IMG/VR virus record: IMGVR_UViG_3300037478_000354 | Location: 1-39,530 of that record | Source of the DNA: a virus | Lineage: Duplodnaviria > Caudoviricetes | Length of the DNA: 39,530 nt | Strand: one strand, 5' to 3' | Shown: positions 8,203-16,323 of the stretch, in pieces | Position numbering within the stretch: the stretch's first letter is position 1 | Layout of the letters: each line of letters begins with the position of its first letter | The notes under the pieces: model-generated | Seen by the model: the letters and a program-made list of their open reading frames with translations, nothing else | Database searches by the model: none | Told to the model about the DNA's origin: nothing | Program-made: the position numbers and the translations under genes

Positions 8203-8592
8203 ATGCGAGCAGAGCAGACGCTAAGCACCGAGGTCGCCAGCGCGATTAAGCGCGAGCTCGGAGGTCAAGACCTAAACAAGTCAGAGCTGGCCCGCCGCCT
8301 TGGGGTCTCCCACACCTGGGTAACCAACCGACTCGCCGGCCATCTGGAGATCGGACTCAACGAGCTGCAGCGGATCGCCACCGCACTGCAAGTCCCGATC
8401 ACAGACCTACTACCACGGGAGGTTGCAGGGCAACTTAATAGACGCTTACCACTGGCAGCCGATCAGCTAACTCCCGCCCCCGGATATGCGACCCCCACCC
8501 TGGCCAACCCGCCACCCATGTACCAGTTGGCCGAACACGCAACCCGCAGACCTACCCGACTCACCAACCGGTCTGCCGATAGCACACGATGA
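8203..8592 (+). CDS. Immunity repressor (XRE HTH) with disordered C-terminal tail
   Basis: LNKSELARRLGVSHTWVTNRLAG; paralogous to Cro; coupled to integrase by ATGA. Confidence 0.85.
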   Translation: MRAEQTLSTEVASAIKRELGGQDLNKSELARRLGVSHTWVTNRLAGHLEIGLNELQRIATALQVPITDLLPREVAGQLNRRLPLAADQLTPAPGYATPTLANPPPMYQLAEHATRRPTRLTNRSADSTR

Positions 8593-9419
8593 CCGGCCGC
8601 GCACACCATCACCGCATGCCCCCGCACGGTGACCTGATCCACAGCTTCCTCGCCTACATGCGGGCCCAGCGCCGCACCCCAGCCACCATCCGCACCTACA
8701 CGAGCATCCTCTGGCACGCCCACCGTGACCTGCCCCAAGGGCTGCCGCTGGCCAACGAACGCGAGCTCGTGCTGTGGCTTGCCGGTGACTGGTCAGCCCG
8801 CACCCAGCACCTGTACACGTGCGCCGTCGCCGCGTTCTTCGACTGGTGCACCACCCACGGCGTCATCGACTTCAACCCGGCCGTCAACCTACCCCGACCC
8901 AGGCTGCCCAGACTGATACCCCGCCCGGCCACACCGGAGCAGGTCGCCACCATCCTCACCCAGGCACCCCAGCCGGTCCTATTGTGGTCGGCCATCGCCT
9001 GCTACTCCGGCGCCAGGGCGATAGAGATCGCTGGCATCGACCGGGAGCGGGACATCGCCGACCAGTCGCTGCGGCTGCGCGGCAAGGGCGGCAAAGAGCG
9101 GGTTGTGCCGCTGCACCCGCGGCTGCGGGCGATCCTCGGCGCGTGGCGGGGCCCGGTGGCCGAGGTGGGCGAGCGCAGGCTGTCCAACCAGGCGTGGAAG
9201 TCCTACCGCAGGATCGGGGTGGAGACGTCGATCCACCGGCTGCGCGCCTTTTTCGCCACCGAGCTGCTCAAGGTGGGGGTGGACTCGCGGATCGTGCAGG
9301 AGCTGCTGGGTCACGCGTCGCTGGCTACCACGCAGATCTACACGCTGGTCAGCCCGGGCCAGATGTCCGCGGCCGTGGCGCGACTGCCGGGCTTTGACGG
9401 CGGGGCCGGCGCTCCATGA
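8589..9419 (+). CDS. int: Tyrosine integrase/recombinase (Xer-sized, no arm-binding domain)
   Basis: GARAIE (R), GKGGKER (K), HRLR (HxxR), LLGH, TQIY (Y). Confidence 0.93.
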   Translation: MTGRAHHHRMPPHGDLIHSFLAYMRAQRRTPATIRTYTSILWHAHRDLPQGLPLANERELVLWLAGDWSARTQHLYTCAVAAFFDWCTTHGVIDFNPAVNLPRPRLPRLIPRPATPEQVATILTQAPQPVLLWSAIACYSGARAIEIAGIDRERDIADQSLRLRGKGGKERVVPLHPRLRAILGAWRGPVAEVGERRLSNQAWKSYRRIGVETSIHRLRAFFATELLKVGVDSRIVQELLGHASLATTQIYTLVSPGQMSAAVARLPGFDGGAGAP

Positions 9420-9657
9420 TCGGAGGGTTGTCGGGCCATTCGTCGGCGATCTCCCACCTCGGCTGGCGCCGCGGGTCGAGGTCACCGCGGGTACCGACCA
9501 CCAGCACCTGCGCCCAGCCGCCGCGGGTGACCTGGATCGCCTGCTCCCACGTGGTGGCTATCGAGTCCACCGTGAGATGCCGCCGGCGGCAGTGCGCCAA
9601 TGCCAATTGCAGCACCGACTCGTCCCCGTTCGGATAGAAGATCACGGCCCGTTCCAT
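9349..9657 (-). CDS. Hypothetical protein resembling degenerate resolvase N-terminal fold
   Basis: RAVIFY...HCRRRHLTV...VLVV; TACCGT -10 six nt upstream of ATG. Confidence 0.6.
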   Translation of the reverse strand: MERAVIFYPNGDESVLQLALAHCRRRHLTVDSIATTWEQAIQVTRGGWAQVLVVGTRGDLDPRRQPRWEIADEWPDNPPIMERRPRRQSPAVAPRPRTSGPG

Positions 9658-9774
9658 GCCGGGACGGTAACGGCACCCGGCAGCAGCTGGCATCATCTGC
9701 CGGTACCCCATCCGCGTGATGTGGCCCGGACGGCCGAGGCGCGGGTCAACCGGACCGTTCCTTCCGGCATCCCC

Positions 9775-10014
9775 CTAGCTTCGCCACCTCGGGGTCGGCG
9801 GGTGAGGCTCGACAGCGTATGTCGTCTCCGCGTCCGCTCGCTGGTAGACGATCTCGGCGTTGTCCGTCTGTGGGGTGGTGGTCTTCAGTAGGTCTGTGGT
9901 GGCGCTGGTGGTCACGGTAGATGGCATTGATTCATCCTCCTCACCGGTCAGGATCATCGGTTGCTGGCCGGTTTCACGTTCCCATTGTGACAGGTGCTTT
10001 TCAAGAGCCTTCAT
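9775..10014 (-). CDS. Hypothetical protein
   Basis: 79-aa ORF overlapping upstream gene end. Confidence 0.5.
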   Translation of the reverse strand: MKALEKHLSQWERETGQQPMILTGEEDESMPSTVTTSATTDLLKTTTPQTDNAEIVYQRADAETTYAVEPHPPTPRWRS

Positions 10015-10615
10015 GATCTCGAAAACCAGGCAGGCACAGCTCCACTCCGATGATCAGCTCAACCTCGACGCACGGCGACGGTGTGGGCGACGGTGATGGT
10101 TCGGGTGTCGGTGTCGGTGACGGTGTCGGTGAGGGTGTCGAGCTCGGCCGTGGTGTCGGCCCGGCCGTGGGTGGCATAGCCGACGGCGCCGGGCCGCGCG
10201 GGACCGGTGCTGGCGCGGGCTGTGTGGACGGTGCCACCCCCAGCCCACCCACCGGCGGCGGCACCGGATCGTAAACCAGCGCTGGTACCATCGCCAGGCT
10301 TCCCGCAGCCGCCACCGCAACACCACCGCGGCGGACCCACCACCACAGGCTGAGCCCACCGGCGACCACCAGCGCTGAGGACGCCGAGCCGGTACCGCCC
10401 GCCACTACCGCCGGTGGCACCAGCGGACGCAGGTGCGCATCCCGGGCCACCACCACCCGCCCGACCGTGCCCTCGTCGACCAGACGCAGGGCATGCTCGG
10501 GATCCGTGGTGGTTCCGGCGACACCCCAGCCGGCGCGGCGGCAGTGCACAGCGCAGCGGGCACGATGCCGACGTGGCGCACGGCTAGCGGCGGGTACGTA
10601 GATGACTGCCCACAT
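10001..10615 (-). CDS. Membrane protein: resolvase-like N-terminus, TM region, Pro/Thr/Ser-rich stalk
   Basis: WAVIY...HCRRAGWGV...VVVARDAHL; PTPSPTPTPEPSPSPTPSP repeats. Confidence 0.65.
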   Translation of the reverse strand: MWAVIYVPAASRAPRRHRARCAVHCRRAGWGVAGTTTDPEHALRLVDEGTVGRVVVARDAHLRPLVPPAVVAGGTGSASSALVVAGGLSLWWWVRRGGVAVAAAGSLAMVPALVYDPVPPPVGGLGVAPSTQPAPAPVPRGPAPSAMPPTAGPTPRPSSTPSPTPSPTPTPEPSPSPTPSPCVEVELIIGVELCLPGFRDHEGS

Positions 10616-10639
10616 GGGCGTGACGGTAGCCGGACGGTG

Positions 10640-10837
10640 CTACTGCGGCCGCCACTCGGGCCGGTAGTCCTCTCTGAACATGCCGCCGCACGGATTTCCG
10701 TCCGGCTGGGTCATCCGGTCCTCACGGCCCGCTTCCGTCGCAGCCCATGTCTGCCGCCCGCAGCGGTTGCACACCGCCAGGGGTGGGGCGTCCATCCACC
10801 GCTGTAGCGCATCACCGGATAGCCTCGACACAATCAC
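10640..10837 (-). CDS. Small Cys-containing hypothetical protein
   Basis: CNRCGR...CGG; GTGA coupling. Confidence 0.6.
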   Translation of the reverse strand: MIVSRLSGDALQRWMDAPPLAVCNRCGRQTWAATEAGREDRMTQPDGNPCGGMFREDYRPEWRPQ

Positions 10838-11181
10838 TCACTGCTCCGTGCGTCCGTGTAGAAGATGTACGAGTCACCGGCGACCGCTCGGCCCAGTTCG
10901 TCTGTGGCGAACTGCCACACATACACGAACGGTCGACCAACGTACGGCGCCGGACCCCACGCCATACATCTGATCAGCGTCATCGGCACCAGGTCCGGCT
11001 CCGATTCATCCGACATAGCAGCCCGCAGTAGGCGCCTCGTGCTCGGCAGTACTGGCACCCGTAGCACCGAGTGGTTGGCGTATGGCCCGCGCCCGTTCAG
11101 CCAGTCCAGTAACCACGTCTTGTCGCGGTACCACGGGTGCCATTCCAGCGGCGACGGCGCGGTGTTGGTCTCGCGGATCAC
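10834..11181 (-). CDS. Hypothetical protein
   Basis: Coupled to GntR gene. Confidence 0.6.
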   Translation of the reverse strand: MIRETNTAPSPLEWHPWYRDKTWLLDWLNGRGPYANHSVLRVPVLPSTRRLLRAAMSDESEPDLVPMTLIRCMAWGPAPYVGRPFVYVWQFATDELGRAVAGDSYIFYTDARSSE

Positions 11182-11420
11182 TGCTCCCCTCTCACGAACG
11201 TGCCGACACCCTGCACGTACTCGACCACGCCCAGCGTCAGCAAGCGGGCCATGGCCAGCTTGATACGCGAGCGTGGGCAGCCGTATTCATCGGCGAGCTG
11301 CTGGTAGTGCAGCTGGGTGCCCGGCGGCAGGCGGCCGTCGCGGATACGAGCGGCGAGATCATCGGCGATGTCGGCATACGACATGTGTGGCATGGTCACT
11401 CCCGGCTTGGCTTCTGCCAT
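11178..11420 (-). CDS. GntR-family winged-helix regulator (HTH only)
   Basis: YADIADDLAARIRDGRLPPGTQL...LADEYG...QGVGTFV. Confidence 0.9.
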   Translation of the reverse strand: MAEAKPGVTMPHMSYADIADDLAARIRDGRLPPGTQLHYQQLADEYGCPRSRIKLAMARLLTLGVVEYVQGVGTFVRGEQ

Positions 11421-11458
11421 GATCTACCGCCTCCCCCCAGAATCGCAAGTCTGCTCGG

Positions 11459-11488
11459 TTGACTTAGTTGGCTAGGCGTGCCTACCAT
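11459..11488 (+). promoter_or_regulatory. Sigma70-type promoter TTGACT-N18-TACCAT
   Basis: Near-consensus hexamers divergent from gntR. Confidence 0.6.
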
Positions 11489-11685
11489 AGCACCATCGCC
11501 CCCGGCTTGGCAGCAGGGAGCGATCCGGCCCGGTCGGGAGCTCCGTCATCCGGTCGGGCCGGCCCGGGGACACCGCCCCGGCCGTCCGAGACCCGGCTCC
11601 GGGCGGAACCGGGTGCCACCCCAACCCCGGGCGGCCACTGAGAGGGCGACCGCCCGGGGCACCCAACCCACAACACGGAGAGATC

Positions 11686-11916
11686 ATGACAAACGAGCTA
11701 GCGCGTGACCGGGTAGCAGAGTCCTACGACAGCGGCTGGTCCGAGGCGCTCACCCAGGCCGTGGCCGTAGTCGAGCAGGCCGGGTCGCTGGCCGACGCGC
11801 ACCGGCTGCTGCTGCGCCTGGCGGACAAGGAACCGCCGGACGTGCCGCGGGGAGTGCACTGCGAAAGCTGCGGCGGCCTCGTCCGAGACGAAACCGACAT
11901 AAACATCAACTACTAG
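11686..11916 (+). CDS. Hypothetical protein
   Basis: GGAGAG RBS; CESCGG motif. Confidence 0.7.
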   Translation: MTNELARDRVAESYDSGWSEALTQAVAVVEQAGSLADAHRLLLRLADKEPPDVPRGVHCESCGGLVRDETDININY

Positions 11917-11930
11917 GGAAAGGAACCCTA

Positions 11931-12191
11931 ATGACCCAGCAGTACACCAACGCGCCCGTGCAGATCGTGGCGCCAAAGACAGTCGGTACCGCCTACATCC
12001 TGTGGGCATTTTTCAGTATCCTCGGCGTCCACCAGTTTTACATGGGCAAGACCGGTAGGGGCCTGTCGATGCTGTTCACTCTGGGGTGGCTTGGTGTTGG
12101 TGCGATCGTGGATTTGTTCACGATGGAGACTCAGGTTGCGGCAGTGAACCGGCGAAACGGGATCACCATGCAGTACCTGCAGTCCCGCTGA
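11931..12191 (+). CDS. TM2-domain membrane protein
   Basis: KTVGTAYILWAFFSILGVHQFYMGKTGRG...VDLF. Confidence 0.85.
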   Translation: MTQQYTNAPVQIVAPKTVGTAYILWAFFSILGVHQFYMGKTGRGLSMLFTLGWLGVGAIVDLFTMETQVAAVNRRNGITMQYLQSR

Positions 12192-12200
12192 TACGGCAAG

Positions 12201-12232
12201 GAACGGCCCCGGTCATGTGTCCGGGGCCGTTC
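12201..12232 (+). terminator. Hairpin terminator
   Basis: GAACGGCCCCGG-tcatgtgt-CCGGGGCCGTTC perfect 12-bp stem 10 nt after stop. Confidence 0.75.
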
Positions 12233-12269
12233 GCTGCTCCAGTCCACCCGATCGGGTGATGGTTCTGTC

Positions 12270-12309
12270 TTGACATAACCCCTCCAGCGCAGTATCGTAT
12301 AGACATAAC
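12270..12309 (+). promoter_or_regulatory. Promoter TTGACA with GACATAAC direct repeats
   Basis: TTGACA 12270, TATCGT 12293; GACATAAC at 12272 and 12302. Confidence 0.65.
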
Positions 12310-12339
12310 ATGCAGCCTAAGGAAGAGGGAGGTCACCCG

Positions 12340-12534
12340 ATGAACGAACCCACACCCGCCCAGCTCGCTACGGCTGTCGGTGAGGCGGCACTCCAGCTCA
12401 CGGGCACCACCGCAGACCTGGTCATGGTCCGGGCATCCGACCCGGACGGGTACCGGCAGCTGGCGCAGCAACTGCGCGACCAGTGGCAGGAGTTCTACCA
12501 CCGGCTCGGGGCACTGGAGAGGAGGGCCCGGTGA
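12340..12534 (+). CDS. Hypothetical protein
   Basis: GGGAGG RBS. Confidence 0.7.
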   Translation: MNEPTPAQLATAVGEAALQLTGTTADLVMVRASDPDGYRQLAQQLRDQWQEFYHRLGALERRAR

Positions 12535-12743
12535 ACGCGATCACCGTCCGAGACCTGCAGGTCGCCATCGTTGACGCGGCGGTCCACTACGGCCGCGCCG
12601 CCGCCGCTCACGCCCGCGCTCTGGCGCACGGCGACTCTGATGCCGCCGCCCGGGCCGGACACAGGATGGAACAGCAGATGAAGGCGATCCACCAACTGCC
12701 CGAGGATTTGGCCCAGGCGGTCAGGCAGGAGGCCGTCCGGTGA
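12531..12743 (+). CDS. Hypothetical protein
   Basis: GGAGG RBS, GTGA coupling. Confidence 0.65.
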   Translation: MNAITVRDLQVAIVDAAVHYGRAAAAHARALAHGDSDAAARAGHRMEQQMKAIHQLPEDLAQAVRQEAVR

Positions 12744-13123
12744 CTACCACGACCATGGACCGCGACGCGTTCGTCCGCCAGCACTATGCCGAGGGTGTGG
12801 CCGAGTACCTACTCGGTGGCGACGGATTCTCGCCCGATCGCAGCGGCCCTCTCGGGGTCGCGTGGGACGGCATCTTCGCCGAGCTCGTGGGTGCAGGCTA
12901 CATGCGCCGCTCACAGACCGGCCGCTACTGGTGGAGCGGCACCGACCGCGGAGGTCGGCCTGCCGTCGGCCCGATGGTGTCCCACCGGATGCCCCAAGAC
13001 CTGATTGACCGGCTCGACGCTCACGCCGCAGCCACCGGCACGACTCGTTCCGACCTGCTCCGCCGAGGGGCCGAGCTCCTACTCACACAGGAGGCGGCGC
13101 TGGTCGAGCAGCACGCCCGTTGA
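12740..13123 (+). CDS. Protein with C-terminal ribbon-helix-helix (CopG-like) domain
   Basis: GRPAVGPMVSHRMPQDLIDRLDAHAAATGTTRSDLLRRG. Confidence 0.8.
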   Translation: MTTTTMDRDAFVRQHYAEGVAEYLLGGDGFSPDRSGPLGVAWDGIFAELVGAGYMRRSQTGRYWWSGTDRGGRPAVGPMVSHRMPQDLIDRLDAHAAATGTTRSDLLRRGAELLLTQEAALVEQHAR

Positions 13124-13280
13124 CAACACCATAGTGGGGTCCCGGCAAGCGGTGACCTGATGCAGCCACGCGGCGGTGGCCGGTCTGGAAGGTTCGCCCT
13201 TCGTCTCGACTGCCGCTCCTACCACCGGGACAGATCCCGGGACGTGGGGTCGGAAGGCACCGAACTACCAGGACCACAAC

Positions 13281-13329
13281 GAGAACGGCCCCCGGGGGAG
13301 CTTCCGCTCAACACCCCGGGGGCCGTCTC
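13281..13329. terminator. Hairpin between convergent units
   Basis: ACGGCCCCCGGGG...CCCCGGGGGCCGT 13-bp stem. Confidence 0.65.
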
Positions 13330-13393
13330 CACCCCTACCTACGCTGCGGCACCGCTACCGCAGCCCCCCGCATCCCTCGCAGAGTGCAGTCTA

Positions 13394-13618
13394 TCAGTGG
13401 CGGAAGTCGCCCTTGTCCTTGTTCTTGTTCTTCGGCTGCTCCGACTCGTTTTCGTTGCCGCCTTTGTTGACGCACACCCAACCGCCGTCGCTGGGGTTCT
13501 TCGCCGTTTCCTGTCCAGGCGGGCAGGTGATCGGGTCCGCCTGCGCGGGCACCGCCACACCCAACACCCCAATCACACCGACCACACCGGCCGCCGCGGC
13601 TACTACGATCCTCTTCAC
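13394..13618 (-). CDS. Small secreted protein with a Cys pair
   Basis: Signal peptide ending PAQA-D; AGGA RBS. Confidence 0.75.
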   Translation of the reverse strand: MKRIVVAAAAGVVGVIGVLGVAVPAQADPITCPPGQETAKNPSDGGWVCVNKGGNENESEQPKNKNKDKGDFRH

Positions 13619-13649
13619 GGTTTCCTCCTAGATGATCTGCCCACGCCTC

Positions 13650-13961
13650 CTACAGGCGCGGGTCGAGTTGAATCCCTCCGTAGGCCACCACCGGCGGATC
13701 CGTACCACCTGCAGCAGCCTGCCAGTCGTGGTGACCGCGACCCAGCGCCTGCGAGTCGAGGCGGGTCACATCCACCACCAGCACCGCGGTGCCGTCTTCG
13801 TCGTCGACGGTGATCCCATCGCCCAGTGTCTTGGTGAGGCTGCCGGCTCGGAACGTGGCCGCGGTGACCTGCGCCTGGGTGAGCCCTTGCACGGTGATGC
13901 GCAGCTGGAACGGGTCGCCTACGAACCGGTGCACTATCGGAGTCTTGGGGATGTGGGACAT
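13650..13961 (-). CDS. Virion protein, BppU N-terminal-like
   Basis: GDPFQLRITV...GITVDDEDGTAVLVV...HDWQ...GGIQL beta pattern. Confidence 0.55.
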   Translation of the reverse strand: MSHIPKTPIVHRFVGDPFQLRITVQGLTQAQVTAATFRAGSLTKTLGDGITVDDEDGTAVLVVDVTRLDSQALGRGHHDWQAAAGGTDPPVVAYGGIQLDPRL

Positions 13962-15097
13962 CAGGGGGCGCTCCCTTCGGCGAGGATGATTGTGGCGTGC
14001 CGGCCGGCGGCCGCGGCGACCGGGTTGTACACGCCGAGGGCTGTCACTACCGGAATGGACGCGGCGCCCGACTGTTGCCCAGACCATGCCGCGGCGGCCG
14101 CTGCGGCGACCGTGTACCCGCCGATGGCCGACCGTTGCCCGGACCATTCGAGGGTGGTTGCGTCGCCGAGGGTGAACCCTGCGGCCGCGGCCCGCTGCCC
14201 GGTCCAGCCGGCCGTCGTTATGTCGCCGATGGTGTATCCGCCGCCGGCGCCGGGAGGTGTCGGCGCCAGCCCGGACCAGGTGACCGTGACCTCGTCACCA
14301 ACCGGGTAGACACCGGCCGCGGCGGCGCTACCAGTCCAGCCCACCGTCGCCGCATCGCCAACGGGGAACGCGGCGGATGCGGCAGCCGAACCCGTCCACT
14401 CGACGTCAGCCTGATCGGTCACATCGAAGCCGCCGGTGGCACCGCCCACGGATGGTGCCTGCCCGGTCCAGCCCACCGTGGCCGTGTCGCCGACTGTGAA
14501 CGAGGCCGCGGTGGCACGTTCGGCTGTCCACCCGACGTCGACCACATCAGCGGTAGGAAACCCGGCGGCGGCGGCCGCGGTGCCGGTCCAGCCGACCGTG
14601 GTCACGTCGCCGGCCGGGAAGTTGCCGGAGCCTGGCGGGTCGGCCGCCTCGGTGGTGTCCGCGGTCCAGGAGATCCGGGCGACCTGCGCCGCGTTACGCA
14701 CGGACGGGCTGCCGCCCGCCCCGGTCATCACGATCTCAATCTCCACGTCAGCACCGGACGTCACGTCTGCGGTGTTGAACGTGAACGCGATGTCGGCGCC
14801 GGTCTGCGAGTTGACCGAGGAGTTGCCGATGGCCTGCACCAACGTGCCCGATTCGTACAGGCTGACGGTGATGCTGGGGATGCCGCTGTTGCTGCCACGG
14901 CGGGCGTGCACCCGGATGGTTTGGGTGGCGGCGACGGTCAGCGGGTCTACCGGGTCGGTCATGGACCAGCGTGAGGTGGCGGTGGAGTTGGTGTTCAGGT
15001 CCGGCCCGGCCCAAGTGCCGGTATTATCGCCCAGCGCATCATCCGGGTTGGGGAAGTCACCGGCCAGGTGGGCGTCGGCGAACAGCAGCTCGGTCAC
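13961..15097 (-). CDS. Virion fibre-like protein with 9 tandem ~20-aa repeats
   Basis: (F/Y)xVGDxxTVxW(T/S)G repeats. Confidence 0.7.
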   Translation of the reverse strand: MTELLFADAHLAGDFPNPDDALGDNTGTWAGPDLNTNSTATSRWSMTDPVDPLTVAATQTIRVHARRGSNSGIPSITVSLYESGTLVQAIGNSSVNSQTGADIAFTFNTADVTSGADVEIEIVMTGAGGSPSVRNAAQVARISWTADTTEAADPPGSGNFPAGDVTTVGWTGTAAAAAGFPTADVVDVGWTAERATAASFTVGDTATVGWTGQAPSVGGATGGFDVTDQADVEWTGSAAASAAFPVGDAATVGWTGSAAAAGVYPVGDEVTVTWSGLAPTPPGAGGGYTIGDITTAGWTGQRAAAAGFTLGDATTLEWSGQRSAIGGYTVAAAAAAAWSGQQSGAASIPVVTALGVYNPVAAAAGRHATIILAEGSAP

Positions 15098-15103
15098 AGC
15101 GGC

Positions 15104-15445
15104 TCACGATGCGGTGATTGGTGCTGTGGCCACGGTGTATTCGCCGGCCGCGTTCGCGGCTGCGTCGCCGGAGGTGCGGGCGAACCCGCCGAGGAACGTT
15201 GCAGTTGCCCAAAGTCCGATGTGTGACACGGTTTGGTCGGCCGGTGTTGCGAAGTCCAGCCCGGCGTTCAGGTCTGCGACGCCGCCGGTGGCCGAGTCGT
15301 AGGTGGGTGCCAGGCGGGTGTATCCGCCGCCGGTGACTTCGTCGGTGCCGGTGGTACCCGGGTCGGCGGAGTGCAGCGATACGTTGGTGACCAGTGCGGC
15401 GGTGGCGTCTGCCCGCTGGTTGAGCCCTGCCGGTGACCATGCCAT
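15104..15445 (-). CDS. Small tail-fibre-associated virion protein
   Basis: SLHSADPGTTGTDEVTGGGYTR...VSHIGLW pattern common in phage minor virion proteins. Confidence 0.65.
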   Translation of the reverse strand: MAWSPAGLNQRADATAALVTNVSLHSADPGTTGTDEVTGGGYTRLAPTYDSATGGVADLNAGLDFATPADQTVSHIGLWATATFLGGFARTSGDAAANAAGEYTVATAPITAS

Positions 15446-15455
15446 GTCTTTCTCC

Positions 15456-15722
15456 TCATTCCCATGGCCAGATGAATGGCCAATGTGTCATGTGTGGGAT
15501 CAGCCAAATGGTTAACCCGGTCAACCCTGCCACGAATACTAGGATGGCCCACTTGCGGCGGGGTTGGGGCGGGTGCACACCAAGATGCCTTTTGGTCCAT
15601 TCGGTTAGCGCCCCGCCTCGTCCCGGATGCACTAGGGCGACGGTTTCGGCCAGGACGAACCCGCCCACCAGCAGGATCAGCCAGGCGGACCAGAACCAGC
15701 CGAGCCAGCCCGGGTCGCTCAT
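15456..15722 (-). CDS. Two-TM membrane protein (holin-like)
   Basis: Two hydrophobic helices; near lysis genes. Confidence 0.6.
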   Translation of the reverse strand: MSDPGWLGWFWSAWLILLVGGFVLAETVALVHPGRGGALTEWTKRHLGVHPPQPRRKWAILVFVAGLTGLTIWLIPHMTHWPFIWPWE

Positions 15723-16087
15723 ACCGGCCTCGCCAGCATCCGGCAGCCGATCACGCGGCCAGCCATGTCACGCACCTCAAGGTACGGCACCAACAGCGCC
15801 GGGTGCTGGTTCGCCAGCGCGAACGCCAGCGACACGACATACCAGGTGTCGATGTAGTCGGCATTGGCCGGCCGGGGCGGCATCCCGTTGGCGTGGCGAA
15901 ACTCCACGTACTCAACCGGCACCGAACAGCCACGTTCGTACTGAGTTCCGAGGTCAATCTGACCGATGCGCGCGACCTCGCCGGAGGGTTCGAAGACCTG
16001 CTCCGGCTCGACCGAGCCCGGCTCTATCTGGTCGGGCGTGTCCCGTGGATACACATTGATCGGGTGTGGTGTCAGGTTGACGATCAC
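15719..16087 (-). CDS. Conserved hypothetical phage protein (NLTPH...RD..G.VIGC)
   Basis: GTGA coupling; motif pattern recognised from other viral proteins. Confidence 0.65.
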   Translation of the reverse strand: MIVNLTPHPINVYPRDTPDQIEPGSVEPEQVFEPSGEVARIGQIDLGTQYERGCSVPVEYVEFRHANGMPPRPANADYIDTWYVVSLAFALANQHPALLVPYLEVRDMAGRVIGCRMLARPV

Positions 16088-16323
16088 CGCGCCTCCCGCT
16101 GCTCGGCCTTGCGCGCCAGCTCCAGCAGCTCGTCCGCGCTCAGCGCCGGCAGGCTGGCCAGCGACGGCCGGTTCGGCACCGAGTACACCAGTACGGCACC
16201 GGCCGCGGCGGCTATCATCAGCGCCCACTGCGGCGCGTCCTGCCACACCGCCACCACCTCGACCACCGCTGTCGCCACCGCGAATACGGCCTTGCGCCGC
16301 TCATGCCACCACTGAACGTTCAT
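16084..16323 (-). CDS. Holin
   Basis: RKAVFAV... two TMs ...VLVYSVPN. Confidence 0.7.
   Translation of the reverse strand: MNVQWWHERRKAVFAVATAVVEVVAVWQDAPQWALMIAAAAGAVLVYSVPNRPSLASLPALSADELLELARKAEQREAR

Noticed and set aside
10075-10145. Short GGTGTC/GGTGAC tandem repeats as a CRISPR or VNTR element
   Set aside because: They encode the Pro-Thr/Ser stalk; no repeat-spacer structure
13120-13280. TTGACA at 13120 as another promoter, or a tRNA in this gap
   Set aside because: No properly spaced -10 and no cloverleaf or T-loop motif seen
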